NCBI GenBank assembly: GCA_963778955.1
Contig: CAVZWI010000001.1
Coordinates: 218,823 to 282,822, forward strand
Source: an uncultured Chloroflexia bacterium
GTDB lineage: Bacteria > Chloroflexota > Limnocylindria > Limnocylindrales > CSP1-4
Reading direction: 5' to 3'
DNA: 64,000 nt
Shown piece after piece: positions 35,029 through 45,405 of the stretch. How positions within the stretch are numbered: the first letter of the stretch is position 1; the number at the start of each line of letters is the position of its first letter. The notes under the pieces are model-generated. The model had not been told where the DNA came from. It saw only the letters and a list, made by a program, of their open reading frames with translations, and did not search any database. Both the position numbers and the translations under genes were made by a program.

Positions 35029-35755
35029 CTAGGCGGCCGGGCTCGGTGACGGCGCATCGACATTCACGTCGACCGCACCCTGGTCGCCCACTTCGACCGT
35101 CACGGTGACGGTCCCGTCGCTGGCCGAGGCGTCAGGCGACATGGACTCGGTGGGCAGCATGGACTCGCTGGGCGACATCTGGTCGCCGGCCATGGCGGGC
35201 GAGTCGACGCTGGCGTCCTTCTGGGTGATCATGCTGTAGACGGCCGTGTTGCCATCACCGGTCTCCTTGAGCAGGGCGACGCCGACGTAGCCACTGGCGT
35301 TGAGCTCGTCTAGGCGGATCGACCATCGTGCCGTTGTCGAAGTCGATGCCACCTATATCGCCACAGGCGATATAGGTGCTCATGTCGGCATCACTCTGGT
35401 GGATGTTGATGGCATGCGGCGAGGCCGTGAGGTCGGCCAGCGTGGCCGCGACCACCGTCATGTTCAGGGCGACCTTCTGGTCGCTGATCCCGCCGAGCGG
35501 GTCGCCGCCGGCCGGCTCACCATTGACCATCAGGTCAGTCGAGATCTCACCCAGCGGGAAGACGATGTCGCCGAGCTGGTCGCAGGTACCAGCATGGATA
35601 TGCAACGGATGCGCCTGGCTGTCACCAGCCATCATGCTGTCTGAGGGCGCCGGGGAGGCGTCCTGGGCAAGCACGATGCCACTGCCCGCGAGCAGCGCCA
35701 TGGCCGTGAGACCGGCTGTACCGGTCAATGTCCTTTGAAGTCGTAGCAGGTGCAT
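35029..35755 (-). CDS. Secreted protein with a His-rich putative metal-binding domain (apparent +1 frameshift at 35320)
   Basis: Signal peptide then HPLHIHAGTCDQLGDIVFPL...HAINIHQS...YIACGDIGG; continues IRLDELNASGYVGVALL after removing one base. Confidence 0.7.
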
Positions 35756-35951
35756 ATCTGTGGTCTCCTCGGTGATGGCTGCATTCAAGGGGCACTTCGC
35801 GAAGTCGTCTCGGAACTATCGCCGGGCACGCGCTATGGCCGCATCACGACCGAAGGCTCGCCGCTTGCAGTGACGTGACAGGCGTTGGCCGAACGGCGGG
35901 GCACCACCATGTCCAGGGCACAAGGTCCGCGTCCATGTGGCCCATCCGACG

Positions 35952-36128
35952 CTATGAGGCTTCGGGTGCGAGCGTCGCAGCCTGTGGTTCCGGCGTCACC
36001 ACGACGGGAGCGTCGGTAGCATCGCCTCCGACAGGCGTGGCCACGTCGCCACCGTTGTCGCCACAGGCAGCGAGCACCAGGAGGGCCGTCACGGCCAGAG
36101 CCACGATCCGGGGAGTTCGCATGTTCAT
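35952..36128 (-). CDS. Small lipoprotein (58 aa)
   Basis: AAAGGA Shine-Dalgarno; MNMRTPRIVALAVTALLVLAAC lipobox; short Pro/Ala-rich mature part. Confidence 0.55.
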   Translation of the reverse strand: MNMRTPRIVALAVTALLVLAACGDNGGDVATPVGGDATDAPVVVTPEPQAATLAPEAS

Positions 36129-36265
36129 CAGTCCTTTCACCGTTGCGGGTCGACCGGGCGAGGCTGGTCGTCGCCGATCCGCAACGACTCTCCCCGAGAC
36201 GCGGTTTCGACTGCTGCTTCGGCGGGCCGTGAAACGTGACGATCGCGTTGCACCTGCACGGCCGG

Positions 36266-37714
36266 TCACCTGAATGTCGGCAGGACGCTCGCCTCGGCAC
36301 ACATCGCCTCCACCGCGCCGGGCTCGACCGGCGCCAGCGCCGACAGGTTCTCGTAGCCATCCGCGGTGATGAGCAGGTCATCCTCGATGCGCACGCCGAT
36401 GCCGAGGAACTCCGTCGGCACCTCGAAGACGGTGGTCCCCGCCTCCGCTTCGCGTCGAGCGACCTCCGCCTTCGCCGCGGCAGCCCCCAGCTCGAGAACC
36501 AGGCGCAACCGCTCGTCGGCGTCGTAACCGGCGTGCGAGAGCGTCAACCCAGCCTTGTCGCGGGAGAAGTACAGCCCGGGCTCGACCGTGAACGCCATCC
36601 CCGGCTCCAGCGGCCGGCTGGCCCCGTCGCGCCGAGTGGCACCGGCATCATGCACGTCGATGCCCAGCCAATGCCCGGTGCCGTGGAAGTAGAACTGGCG
36701 ATACCAGCCCTTCTCGATGACCTCAGCGACCGATCCCGGCAGCAGGCCCAACTCGACCAGTCCGGCAGACAGGACCTCCACCGCCGTCGTGTGCATCTCA
36801 CTGAAGGGCAGTCCCGGCCGGCAGCGGTCGATGACGGCCCGTTGCGCGCTCAGCACCAGTTCGTAGACGGCACGCTGCGGCCCACTGAAGACGCCGTTGA
36901 CCGGGAAGGTGCGCGTGATGTCGGCCGTCAGATGGCGGTATTCGGCCGCCGCATCGATGAGCAGCAGGTCGCCATCGTGGAGCGACTGGTCATTCTCGAC
37001 GTAGTGGAGGATGACCGCGTTATCCCCGCCGGCCACGATGGACCCGTAGCCCACGCGCTCCGCATCCAGCTGCGCGAAGACGTACTCGAGTACCGCCTGG
37101 ACCTGCCGCTCGGTGCGCCCGGGTGCGGTGAAACGCATAGCCTCGTTGTGGGCCAGCGCGCTGATCCGGCAGGCCTCGCGCAGCGCCTCGATCTCAGACG
37201 TGGACTTGATCAGGCGCAGCTCGTCGACGATCGAGCTGATGTCGATGAGCCGGTCCGGCACGCGGTCACCGGAGCGTTCGGCATACCCGCGCGCGGCACG
37301 CAGGGCACCCAACACCTCGCTATCGATGGGTCCGCCGAGCACGTAGCCGACCGACCCGCGGCCGATGAGCCGGCGCCTGAGCCAGTCCCCCAACTCGTCG
37401 ACCCGATGGGCGGCGTCGGCCCCGAAACGCTCGACCGCACCGTCCACGCCTGCGCGCAGTCCGTTCCAGGCCTCCTGCTCAGGGTCGCGCGGCCGGACGA
37501 ACAGCGTGTACGGTTCCGGTCCAACGGGATCCAGCACGGCCACGGCATCGGGCTCGGTGAAGCCGGTGAGGAAGTGGAAGTCGGAATCCTGGCGGAAGGG
37601 GTGTGTGACGTCGTCGTTGCGGACCTGTTCGCGAGCGGCGGGGATGATGGCGATGGTCTCGTCGAGGCGGGCCAGAAGGTCGGCGCGGCGCCCCCCGAAT
37701 CGGTCGTGATCCAT
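36266..37714 (-). CDS. pepP: Xaa-Pro aminopeptidase
   Basis: FRQDSDFHFLTGF, LIDAAAEY, ADITRTFP, HGTGHWLGIDVHD, TVEPGLY and GVRIEDD. ATG 37714 overlaps the upstream stop; the ORF track fuses it to the upstream gene. Confidence 0.92.
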   Translation of the reverse strand: MDHDRFGGRRADLLARLDETIAIIPAAREQVRNDDVTHPFRQDSDFHFLTGFTEPDAVAVLDPVGPEPYTLFVRPRDPEQEAWNGLRAGVDGAVERFGADAAHRVDELGDWLRRRLIGRGSVGYVLGGPIDSEVLGALRAARGYAERSGDRVPDRLIDISSIVDELRLIKSTSEIEALREACRISALAHNEAMRFTAPGRTERQVQAVLEYVFAQLDAERVGYGSIVAGGDNAVILHYVENDQSLHDGDLLLIDAAAEYRHLTADITRTFPVNGVFSGPQRAVYELVLSAQRAVIDRCRPGLPFSEMHTTAVEVLSAGLVELGLLPGSVAEVIEKGWYRQFYFHGTGHWLGIDVHDAGATRRDGASRPLEPGMAFTVEPGLYFSRDKAGLTLSHAGYDADERLRLVLELGAAAAKAEVARREAEAGTTVFEVPTEFLGIGVRIEDDLLITADGYENLSALAPVEPGAVEAMCAEASVLPTFR

Positions 37715-38845
37715 CAGCGGACGAGCAGATCGGCCACGGCGACCAAACCGAGATCGGTGGCGACATCGCGGGTAGGCCAGGCGCCGGCCAACGTGAGGAC
37801 GCGTCCGCCATCGGTCGTCGACAGCGTCGTCTCCTCCTTCTTGGCCCCGGGCAGCGTGATGAACCAGTTGAAGAGGCCATGCTCGGGGATGGTGTCCGCG
37901 GGTCGCGTGACGTGGGCGATATCGCAGTGGATGAAGCCGGTCTGGCCGCCCTGCCAGTGGTCGTGCCAGGCATCCCGATAGCCGTGCCGCGCATAGCGCT
38001 CGCGCTGTCCGGCCAGCATCTCCGCATAGCTCACGCCCGGGCGCGTCATGGCCACGCTCCAGGCTTCCACCGCGCTCACGACACCGAAGCGATCGATCAA
38101 CTCGTCGCTCGGGCGGACCAAGGCTGGCCAGCCGCGTGAGGATGGCGTGCTGCCCCCAGCGGTTCACGGTGGGATGGAAGAAGGCCAGCGATCGCAGACG
38201 CGCACCGTGCGGTAGCGGATGGCGATAGCGGGTGATGCGGTCGTCGAAGCCGACCATCATCTCGTCCACCGTCAAGCCCTCGCGCAGATAGGTCGCGGTC
38301 AACGATGCCGCCACCTCGTTCTCACTGACACCGGGCTCCAGGGCGTCGGCAGCCGCGCGCAGGCCGGCCTCCAGGCGCGCGCTGATCCACTCGGCACGAC
38401 GCAGCTCCAGCGACGTCAGCGGATACTGCGCGCGGCGCAGATGATCGTCAGCCGGCTCGGTGCCGGGCAGGTCGCAGTCAGACAGGATGCGCCCCTCCCC
38501 GGCCAGGCGGAGGGCGGCCGACTCGGGCGTGCCTTCGTCCCAGCGTACCGCCACCACGTCCACGCCGTCGGGCAGCTCCTCCTCGGCGAAGCGGCGCGCG
38601 TCCATGGCCCAGGTGACGACGGTGCGAGCACCGCGTCGGACCACGACGTAGCCCCATGCGCGCTCGCTGGAGACCTTGATGCCCAGCTCGGCACCGCACA
38701 GCGACCAGGCCGCGTGCCCGGCCTGCCCAAGGATCAGGGCATCGGCAGCGGCGTCATCGAGGAGGGAGTCGAGTTGCTGGAGGCGCGCAGCGTGGTCGGC
38801 TGCGGTCGCCTCCAGGAGTCGGGCATCAGGCGTGACTCGCCGCAA
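37714..38845 (-). CDS. M24 (pita-bread) fold protein lacking most metal ligands (apparent +1 frameshift at 38110)
   Basis: Creatinase-like N-domain; RYRHPLP, HAILTRLASLG, HWQGGQTGF and FNWFITLPGAKKEET segments. Confidence 0.7.
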
Positions 38846-38936
38846 CTGTACCCAGTCGTGATGGTGGTCAGTGACGCCAGATGCTCAAGGGGGCGTGGCG
38901 AGCACCTCATCTCGCAGTCCACCGTCGCGCCGACCC

Positions 38937-40319
38937 TCAGTGGCTGAAGTGGGTGCGTTCCACCGACTTGAGAGGCGGGTCGGCCAGCAGGTCGTCTGCG
39001 GCCTTCTTCAGGTCGGCCAGCAGTGCTTCGCCAAGGTCACGGGTGAAGCCCTCGCGCACGACGATCCGCAGCACGACCACGTCGGTGGCGTCGTCCGGCA
39101 TCGTGTAAGCAGGCACCTGCCAGCCGTTGTAGCGGAGGTGGTGGGACACGTCGTAGGCGGTGTAGGGCAGGTCATCGGCCACCGTGAACGAAAGCACCGG
39201 GATGGCGCTGCCATCACTGATGATGGTGAATGGGCCCATCTCAGCGATGGCCTTGGACAGTGTCATGGCGATGGTCTGCAGTGACGTCATCACCTTGGTG
39301 TAGCCGGAGCGGCCGAGCCGGATGAAGTTGTAGTACTGACCCACCACCTGGTTGCCGGGCCGGCTGAAATTGAGCGTGAAGGTGGGCATGTCACCGCCCA
39401 GATAGTTGACGTGGAAGACCAGCTCCTCCGGCAGGTCATCGGCACCGCGCCAGACGACGAAGCCGATGCCGGGGTAGACCAGGCCGTACTTGTGACCCGA
39501 GACGTTGATCGACACCACGTTGGGCAAGCGGAAGTCCCATTCCAGGTCGGGGTGGATGAAGGGCGCCACGAAGCCACCCGAAGCGGCATCGATATGGAGC
39601 GGCACCTGTCGGCCACTGGCCTCGTTGTCAGCCACCAGCGCGTCGTGGATCTCCTTGATGGGCTCGAACTCGCCGGTGTAGGTGGTGCCCAGGATGGCGA
39701 CCACGCCGATGGTGTTCTCATCGATACGCGAGAGCACCTCGTCGGGCGTGATGACGTAGCGACCACGCTCCACCGGCACGTAGCGGGGCTCCACGTCCCA
39801 GTAGCGGCAGAACTTCTCCCATACCACCTGCACATTAGAGCCAAGGATCAGGTTGGGGCGCGAGCCGTCCTGGCCCGCAGCTTCGCGGTGCTGGCGCCAT
39901 TTCCATTTCATGGCCAGGCCGGCGAGCATCACCGCCTCCGAGGAGCCGATGGTGGAGACACCGACGGCATCACCATCGGCTGGCGCGTGGAAGAGGTCGG
40001 CCACGATATTGACGCAGCGCTTTTCGATCTCGGCGGTGGCCGGGTACTCGTCCTTGTCGATCATGTTCTTGTCAAAGGACGCCGCCATCAGAGCGTCGGC
40101 CTGTGGCTCCATCCAGGTGGTCACGAAAGTGGCCAGGTTGAGCCGGGCGTTGCCGTCGAGCATGAGCTCGTCGCTGATGAGACGCTCGACATCGTCCGGC
40201 ATCGACGCTTCATCGGGCAGGCGGTACTTGGGGATGGCACCAAGCGTGATGCGGCTGGTGTAGGCGGGCGCGACTATCTCGCTCTCGACTTCGCGCGTGC
40301 TGAGCTTCTTGACGACCAT
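38937..40319 (-). CDS. gadB: Glutamate decarboxylase (PLP-dependent)
   Basis: LNLATFVTTWME, KNMIDKDEYP, STIGSSEA, HIDAASGGF, SINVSGHKYGLVYPG (PLP lysine) and TFTLNFSRP. Confidence 0.95.
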   Translation of the reverse strand: MVVKKLSTREVESEIVAPAYTSRITLGAIPKYRLPDEASMPDDVERLISDELMLDGNARLNLATFVTTWMEPQADALMAASFDKNMIDKDEYPATAEIEKRCVNIVADLFHAPADGDAVGVSTIGSSEAVMLAGLAMKWKWRQHREAAGQDGSRPNLILGSNVQVVWEKFCRYWDVEPRYVPVERGRYVITPDEVLSRIDENTIGVVAILGTTYTGEFEPIKEIHDALVADNEASGRQVPLHIDAASGGFVAPFIHPDLEWDFRLPNVVSINVSGHKYGLVYPGIGFVVWRGADDLPEELVFHVNYLGGDMPTFTLNFSRPGNQVVGQYYNFIRLGRSGYTKVMTSLQTIAMTLSKAIAEMGPFTIISDGSAIPVLSFTVADDLPYTAYDVSHHLRYNGWQVPAYTMPDDATDVVVLRIVVREGFTRDLGEALLADLKKAADDLLADPPLKSVERTHFSH

Positions 40320-40403
40320 CGTGCTTCTCTCCGTGGCTTTCTTGTGTTCGTACCCTGATGTGATCCAGCGACTACTCGACGTACCGGCGACCGCGAGCTT
40401 CCA

Positions 40404-41276
40404 TCATGCAACAGACGCGTTGCGGGCGATCAGCTCCGCGACCGCGGGAGCCTGGTCCTCCTGCAGGAAGTGCTTGGCCGGAACGACATCGATCGACGTC
40501 AGGCGTGTGGCGGCGAGGGCCATGAAGCCGTACTTGCGAAGGGTCAGCATCGGGTCGAGGCCGCCCCAGACGAGCTTGACCGGGTAGCCCACGCGACGCG
40601 AGTCGATGACGGACTCGATGCGGCTGCGGTCATGACCCTCATGCACGTGGCGCATGATCTCCAGGTAGGTGGCACCCTTGTTCTGGCCCAAAGCAAGGTC
40701 GCGATAGGCCAGCACTTCCGGCATCGGCAGCGCCAGCTGGTCGGCGACGCCGACTCGGTACATCATCTGGCGCCATACCGTGGCAGATGCCATGGGGCCA
40801 CCCACGCCCCTGACAAGGCGAGCCAGGACCTCGCCGGGATACGGCCGGGCGGGCAATCGCACCATCGTGTCGAGGATGGTCAGCGACGCGATGCGATCGG
40901 GCGACTGCGCCACGACCTCGAAGCCCACAGGACCGCCAGCATCATGCAGCACGAGATGGCAGCGATCGACCCCAAGCGTCTCGATCGCGGCCCCTACCCA
41001 CGTGGCCAGTCCCCGGATGCTGTAGTCGAACTCCGTGGGCCGCTCTGCCAATCCCAGCCCGGGCCAATCGAAGCTGAGCGCGCGGAAGCCCCGCGACGCC
41101 AGCTCCGGGATGACCTTGCGGTACAGGAACGACGACGCCGGGAGGCCATGTATGAGCACGACCGGCTCGCCGTCCCCACTTGAGAGCAGGAAGCTCTGGA
41201 CCCCGGCTGCCGTGAAGAAGCTCCCGGCCTCGCGATGGGCTGCGACGACCTCCTTGGCCGCTGTCTCGTCGTTCAA
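40404..41276 (-). CDS. Alpha/beta-hydrolase, haloalkane dehalogenase/epoxide hydrolase-like (Asp nucleophile)
   Basis: LIHGLPASSFLYRK, DWPGLG, LVLHDAGG, WGGLDP and KHFLQED. Confidence 0.85.
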   Translation of the reverse strand: MNDETAAKEVVAAHREAGSFFTAAGVQSFLLSSGDGEPVVLIHGLPASSFLYRKVIPELASRGFRALSFDWPGLGLAERPTEFDYSIRGLATWVGAAIETLGVDRCHLVLHDAGGPVGFEVVAQSPDRIASLTILDTMVRLPARPYPGEVLARLVRGVGGPMASATVWRQMMYRVGVADQLALPMPEVLAYRDLALGQNKGATYLEIMRHVHEGHDRSRIESVIDSRRVGYPVKLVWGGLDPMLTLRKYGFMALAATRLTSIDVVPAKHFLQEDQAPAVAELIARNASVA

Positions 41277-41332
41277 GTGCGGATGCTCCTGCTACTCGGT
41301 GTGCGCCACTGGCTCGAAGATGGCCGGGGTCC

Positions 41333-42987
41333 CTAGGGCTGGACTTGCTCGGGCGCGGTGTCGTACGTCGCGGACCAGACGGCACCGGTGGAGCTGAGCT
41401 GACTCCGACAGTGCCTGCAGGCACTGTCCTGAGAGGAATGACTCGATCGAGCAGTTCTGCCCCTGGGGTGCCGTGAGGCCCATGCCGTTGAACTGCGTGA
41501 CCTGGGCGGAGGGCGGATCGTGCGGCAGCGGCAGGGTCGGGTCCGTCGACTGCGGGCAGGGTGCACCGGCTGTGACGGAGTTGGGACTCAGCGAGTCCGG
41601 CCACGTATCGTTGGGCCCCTTCTCACGGACGACCAGCAGGTTGGGCGCCTTGTTGTTCTGGACCCCGCTGCGAAGGATGTTCCAGCCGTTCGCCTTGACC
41701 ACCGCGTCGATCTTCTCGACCTGTTGGCTGGTGGCCGACTGCGGGTAGAGCACGATCGTGGCGCTGCCGTCGGCGTTGAGCTCGATCTGGCGGTTGCCGA
41801 TTCTGCGTGTTCTTGACGGTGCCCAGCGCATCGAGCTGCTTGGTTGCGCCGTAGACAACGACGCTGTAGAAGCGCAGGTCGTACTGGTCAGAGTCGTTGA
41901 CCGTGGAGGCCGTCGCGCCCCGGTAGTCGGGGAACGTCGGCACCTGGGGGATGTGCACCATCGAGACCACGTCGTTGGGCAGGTTGGCCATGACGTAGCC
42001 ACCACAGGCGTCGGGCGGATCACTCGTGGGCGGTGCTGCTGCGACATCAGCGTACGGAGAGTTGGCCGCGACGTTCCGGTAGAACTGGACTTGCTCCGGG
42101 ACAGGCGCGGGTGCGAACTCCCCGCCGAGGAAGCCAGCCACCGAACCGGTCTGCAGCTTGAAGCGCGGGACGTTGGCCAGGTCGTCACTGGTCGGACGAG
42201 GCGCCTTGACGAAGGTGAGGACCGGCTTGCCCGTGACCGGGTCGTACGCGATGCGCTTGGGCACCTGGCTCTGGGAGGCGCAGTCGTCGACAGGCGTGTC
42301 GGTGATCTCGCCGGTATCGGGGTCCGTCAGGAACGCGGCGATGGTGTGGACGGGCGAGTCGGTGGGCCCGCCATAGCCGAAACGATCCCAATCGCCGAGG
42401 TCGTCGTTGGAAAGCGACCAGTAGCTGCGAAAGACGAAGGACGTACCCTTGGTGCTGCCGATCTCGGGCAGGACGGCCACGTTCTCACCCGCCTCCTGCA
42501 TGGCGGTGATGACGCTATCGGGTGTGTCATTCGGCATGACCGTGATCTTGTAGTTGCGCTCTGGAGCCAGGATGGGTTGGCCCGACACGAAGGGGTTGGT
42601 GGAGCCGGGCTCCGGGATGATGTCCTGGTCGGACAGCTTGAACAGCGGCTGCCCCTTGGTGTTGTACAGGTACCAGGACATCCAGTAGGAATAGGGGAAC
42701 TCACCGCTGATCACATAGGCCCAGTCAGCGGTGTCATCGTTCAGCTTCTGGCCGGCGAGAGTGTAGCCGGCCGAGAAGCTTGGCTGCACGGGGTAGAAGT
42801 CGGCGGAGGATGCGTCCAGCACCTGCGGGCACAGGTTGCCCGCAGGGACCGAGCCGCCACTGTCGGTGGATGCGGCCGGCGGCGACGGGTCGGCTGCCGT
42901 GGCGGGCACTGCCGACAGGGCGAGCAGCAGCACCGCCGAAGCGGTGAGGGCGAACGATCGGTGGCCTGCTGGCCGAATCCTGCGCAT
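41333..42987 (-). CDS. Secreted protein, possibly DUF1214-like at the C-terminus (two apparent +1 frameshifts, at about 41801 and 41402)
   Basis: Signal peptide MRRIRPAGHRSFALTASAVLLLALSAVPATA; GEFPYSYWMSWYLY...DIIPEPGSTNPF; FYSVVVYG and IELNADGSATIVL. Span 1655 nt equals 551 codons plus 2. Confidence 0.7.
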
Positions 42988-43076
42988 GGTGTCTGTTTCC
43001 CTTCGATGCGACGCCGAGGCCCGGCACGTACTGCACGTGGTACTTGGCATTGAGACATGCGTGTCAGGGCGCGGCA

Positions 43077-43093
43077 TCATCCCATCCGCATGA
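43077..43093. promoter_or_regulatory. Inverted MalT-box-like site 1 (TCATCC-CATCC-GCATGA)
   Basis: About 90 nt upstream of the secreted-protein gene; one of six copies. Confidence 0.7.
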
Positions 43094-43118
43094 GAACAGG
43101 CTGACGTCGACGCGCCGC

Positions 43119-45368
43119 TCAGGCGCCGCGGGCAGCCTCGGGGCTCGCGGTGGGCGCAGGCTCCACTTCGCCCCTGCGCTGGCCCATGACGCCAAGGACG
43201 GTTCGCCACGTCGATGCCACGACGAGCGCAGGTCGCCGCACGACACCGATGGCCGGAACGACGATGAACATGCCCGGGATGCCCGCCACCGCGGACCCGG
43301 CCGGGATGGCCACCAGCACGATGGCCGGATGGATGTGCACGGTCTTGCCGTACACGATCGGGCTCACGATATTGCCGGTCACGATGTTGAACACCAGCGT
43401 CCAGATGGCCATGATCACGATGTCCGTCTGTGAGCCCACGGCGATGGTGATGAGGAAGGCGATACCGGTCGAGAGGAAGCCGCCGATATAGGGGATGAAG
43501 CCCAGGAAGAAGGAGAGCACGAAGACGGGCAGGGCCAGCGGCAGACCCAGCACGACCATGATCACGAACTGGCTGGCCGCACCCACGAACGAGATGGCCG
43601 CGGTCCCGATCATGTAGCCACCGAGCACCTCGAATGCGCGGCTGGCGGCGGCGTTGACCTCGTCGAGCGTACCCGGTCGCAAGCGCGAGATGGCACGGCC
43701 CCACAGCTCGCCACCGTCGCGCAGGAAGTAGAACGTGAGCAAGGTGCTCAGCAGGACGATGACGGCGGCCCCGGCGAGTGATTCACCGACCTGGGTGAGC
43801 GTCTTCACCATGCCGGCAAGACCACCCGCGGCGGCGGCGGCCGGGATCTGGGCATGACCGCCCAGCGCGTCGTTGGCGGCACGCACGCCGGCATTGACAC
43901 CGTCGGAGAGCTCCCCGACCTGTTCGACGAGCGAGACGACGGTCAGGGCGAGGATGGCGCCGATGGCGAGGAATCCGCCACCGACGGTGATGGCGGCGGC
44001 GCGAGATCGTGCATGGCCGCGCCGCATCAGCGACTGTACGAGCGGGTCGAGGGTCGCTGTGAGCACGAGCCCCAGGACGACGGGGATCAGGACCAGCGGG
44101 ATGGCGGTGAAGACGACGACGGCAAGCGCGATGAGCGCGATGGCCACGAGCAGCCGCCAGCTGGATTGCGCCATGCGGTCAAGCCACGCCGGCACCAACC
44201 CGGGCAGGTCCGGTGGCGGGTCCGGATCGACGACGGCCACCACTGCGCCTGCGACCGCCAGGACCACGGCGGTCACGGGCACGGCCACGAAGAGACCGAT
44301 GACGCCGGCCAGCTGGAACCCCGCGGGGAGAGCGATGAGCACGATGGCCGGGTGGATGTTGACGGTGCGGCCGTAGATCATGGGCCGCACACCGTAGCCA
44401 AGCACCAGGTTGCGCAGCCCGATGAGCGCCAGCATCACGAGCGTCGGCCCGGTGCCCAGGGCGGCCAGTGTCACGAGCAGCACGACGAGGGTGGCGATGA
44501 TGCCGCCGAAGTAGGGGATGTACCCGCCCAGGAAGACGAGCATGGCCAGCGGGACGGCCAGCGGTACCCCCAACACCCACATGAACAGCAGGTCGCTGAG
44601 GGCCACCAGCGCGGCCAGGACGGTGGTGCCTCGCAGGTAGCCACCGACCCGGGCCAGGGCATCGTCGCCGGCCCCGGTGATGCGTTCCCGCTTCTGTTCA
44701 CTGGCCTCCTGGAACAGCCACAGCCATGCCTTGTCGCCATCACGCAGGAAGAAGAAGATCAGGAACGTCGCCAGGATCCCGATCGTGGCGAGCTCACCGG
44801 CAGCCGCCACGAGCCCACCGCCATCGTGGCCAACGGCGTCGCGGACGATGCCGATCAGATCATGCGCGATGGTGCTGACGAATGCGGGGACCTGCAGGTC
44901 CGCCAGGCTGGTCTGAAGCTGGCTGAGACCCGCGTCGATACGGGTCAGGAGCTCAGCCAGATACGGCAGGAACGCGGCCACCAGGAGGAGCAGGACGCCG
45001 CCGATGCTGACCACCGCGGCGGCCCAGACGATGGCCGCTGAAGCCGTCCTCGATCGGCCGCCGTCGCGCAGCCGCAGGACCAGGGGCGCGAAGACCGCCG
45101 AGACGATGATGGCGACCAGGATGGAGGCCGTGACCGTCCACAGGGTGGCGGTGATGGCGCCAAGCACCAACAGGAAGCCGGCGACGGCCAGGATGCGCCA
45201 GCCGAGCGCGGCCAGGTTGACCAGCCAATCAGGGACGAGCTGGGGAGCAGTGACCGAATGGGCGGTGGAAGCAGCGACCTGGCCGGCCCCTGAAACCTCC
45301 GGACCGAGCGGCGGGCGGGCGTGGCTGCCCACCTCGTCGCTCGCTGATCGTTCCGTCGGACCGGCCAT
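43119..45368 (-). CDS. AI-2E family transporter with two tandem AI-2E domains
   Basis: Duplicated motif sets: FFFLRDG...GYLRG...IPYFG...YGRTVNIHP and FYFLRDG...GYMIG...IPYIG...YGKTVHIHP. Confidence 0.88.
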   Translation of the reverse strand: MAGPTERSASDEVGSHARPPLGPEVSGAGQVAASTAHSVTAPQLVPDWLVNLAALGWRILAVAGFLLVLGAITATLWTVTASILVAIIVSAVFAPLVLRLRDGGRSRTASAAIVWAAAVVSIGGVLLLLVAAFLPYLAELLTRIDAGLSQLQTSLADLQVPAFVSTIAHDLIGIVRDAVGHDGGGLVAAAGELATIGILATFLIFFFLRDGDKAWLWLFQEASEQKRERITGAGDDALARVGGYLRGTTVLAALVALSDLLFMWVLGVPLAVPLAMLVFLGGYIPYFGGIIATLVVLLVTLAALGTGPTLVMLALIGLRNLVLGYGVRPMIYGRTVNIHPAIVLIALPAGFQLAGVIGLFVAVPVTAVVLAVAGAVVAVVDPDPPPDLPGLVPAWLDRMAQSSWRLLVAIALIALAVVVFTAIPLVLIPVVLGLVLTATLDPLVQSLMRRGHARSRAAAITVGGGFLAIGAILALTVVSLVEQVGELSDGVNAGVRAANDALGGHAQIPAAAAAGGLAGMVKTLTQVGESLAGAAVIVLLSTLLTFYFLRDGGELWGRAISRLRPGTLDEVNAAASRAFEVLGGYMIGTAAISFVGAASQFVIMVVLGLPLALPVFVLSFFLGFIPYIGGFLSTGIAFLITIAVGSQTDIVIMAIWTLVFNIVTGNIVSPIVYGKTVHIHPAIVLVAIPAGSAVAGIPGMFIVVPAIGVVRRPALVVASTWRTVLGVMGQRRGEVEPAPTASPEAARGA

Positions 45369-45405
45369 GGCTCCTCCGCTGGGGGCTAACGTGGGGTCCG
45401 GGTGA

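Noticed and set aside
36266-38845. 859-aa fusion of two M24 domains in the ORF track
   Set aside because: An artefact of the extra base at 38110. Removing it gives two genes with a TGATG stop/start overlap at 37712-37716.
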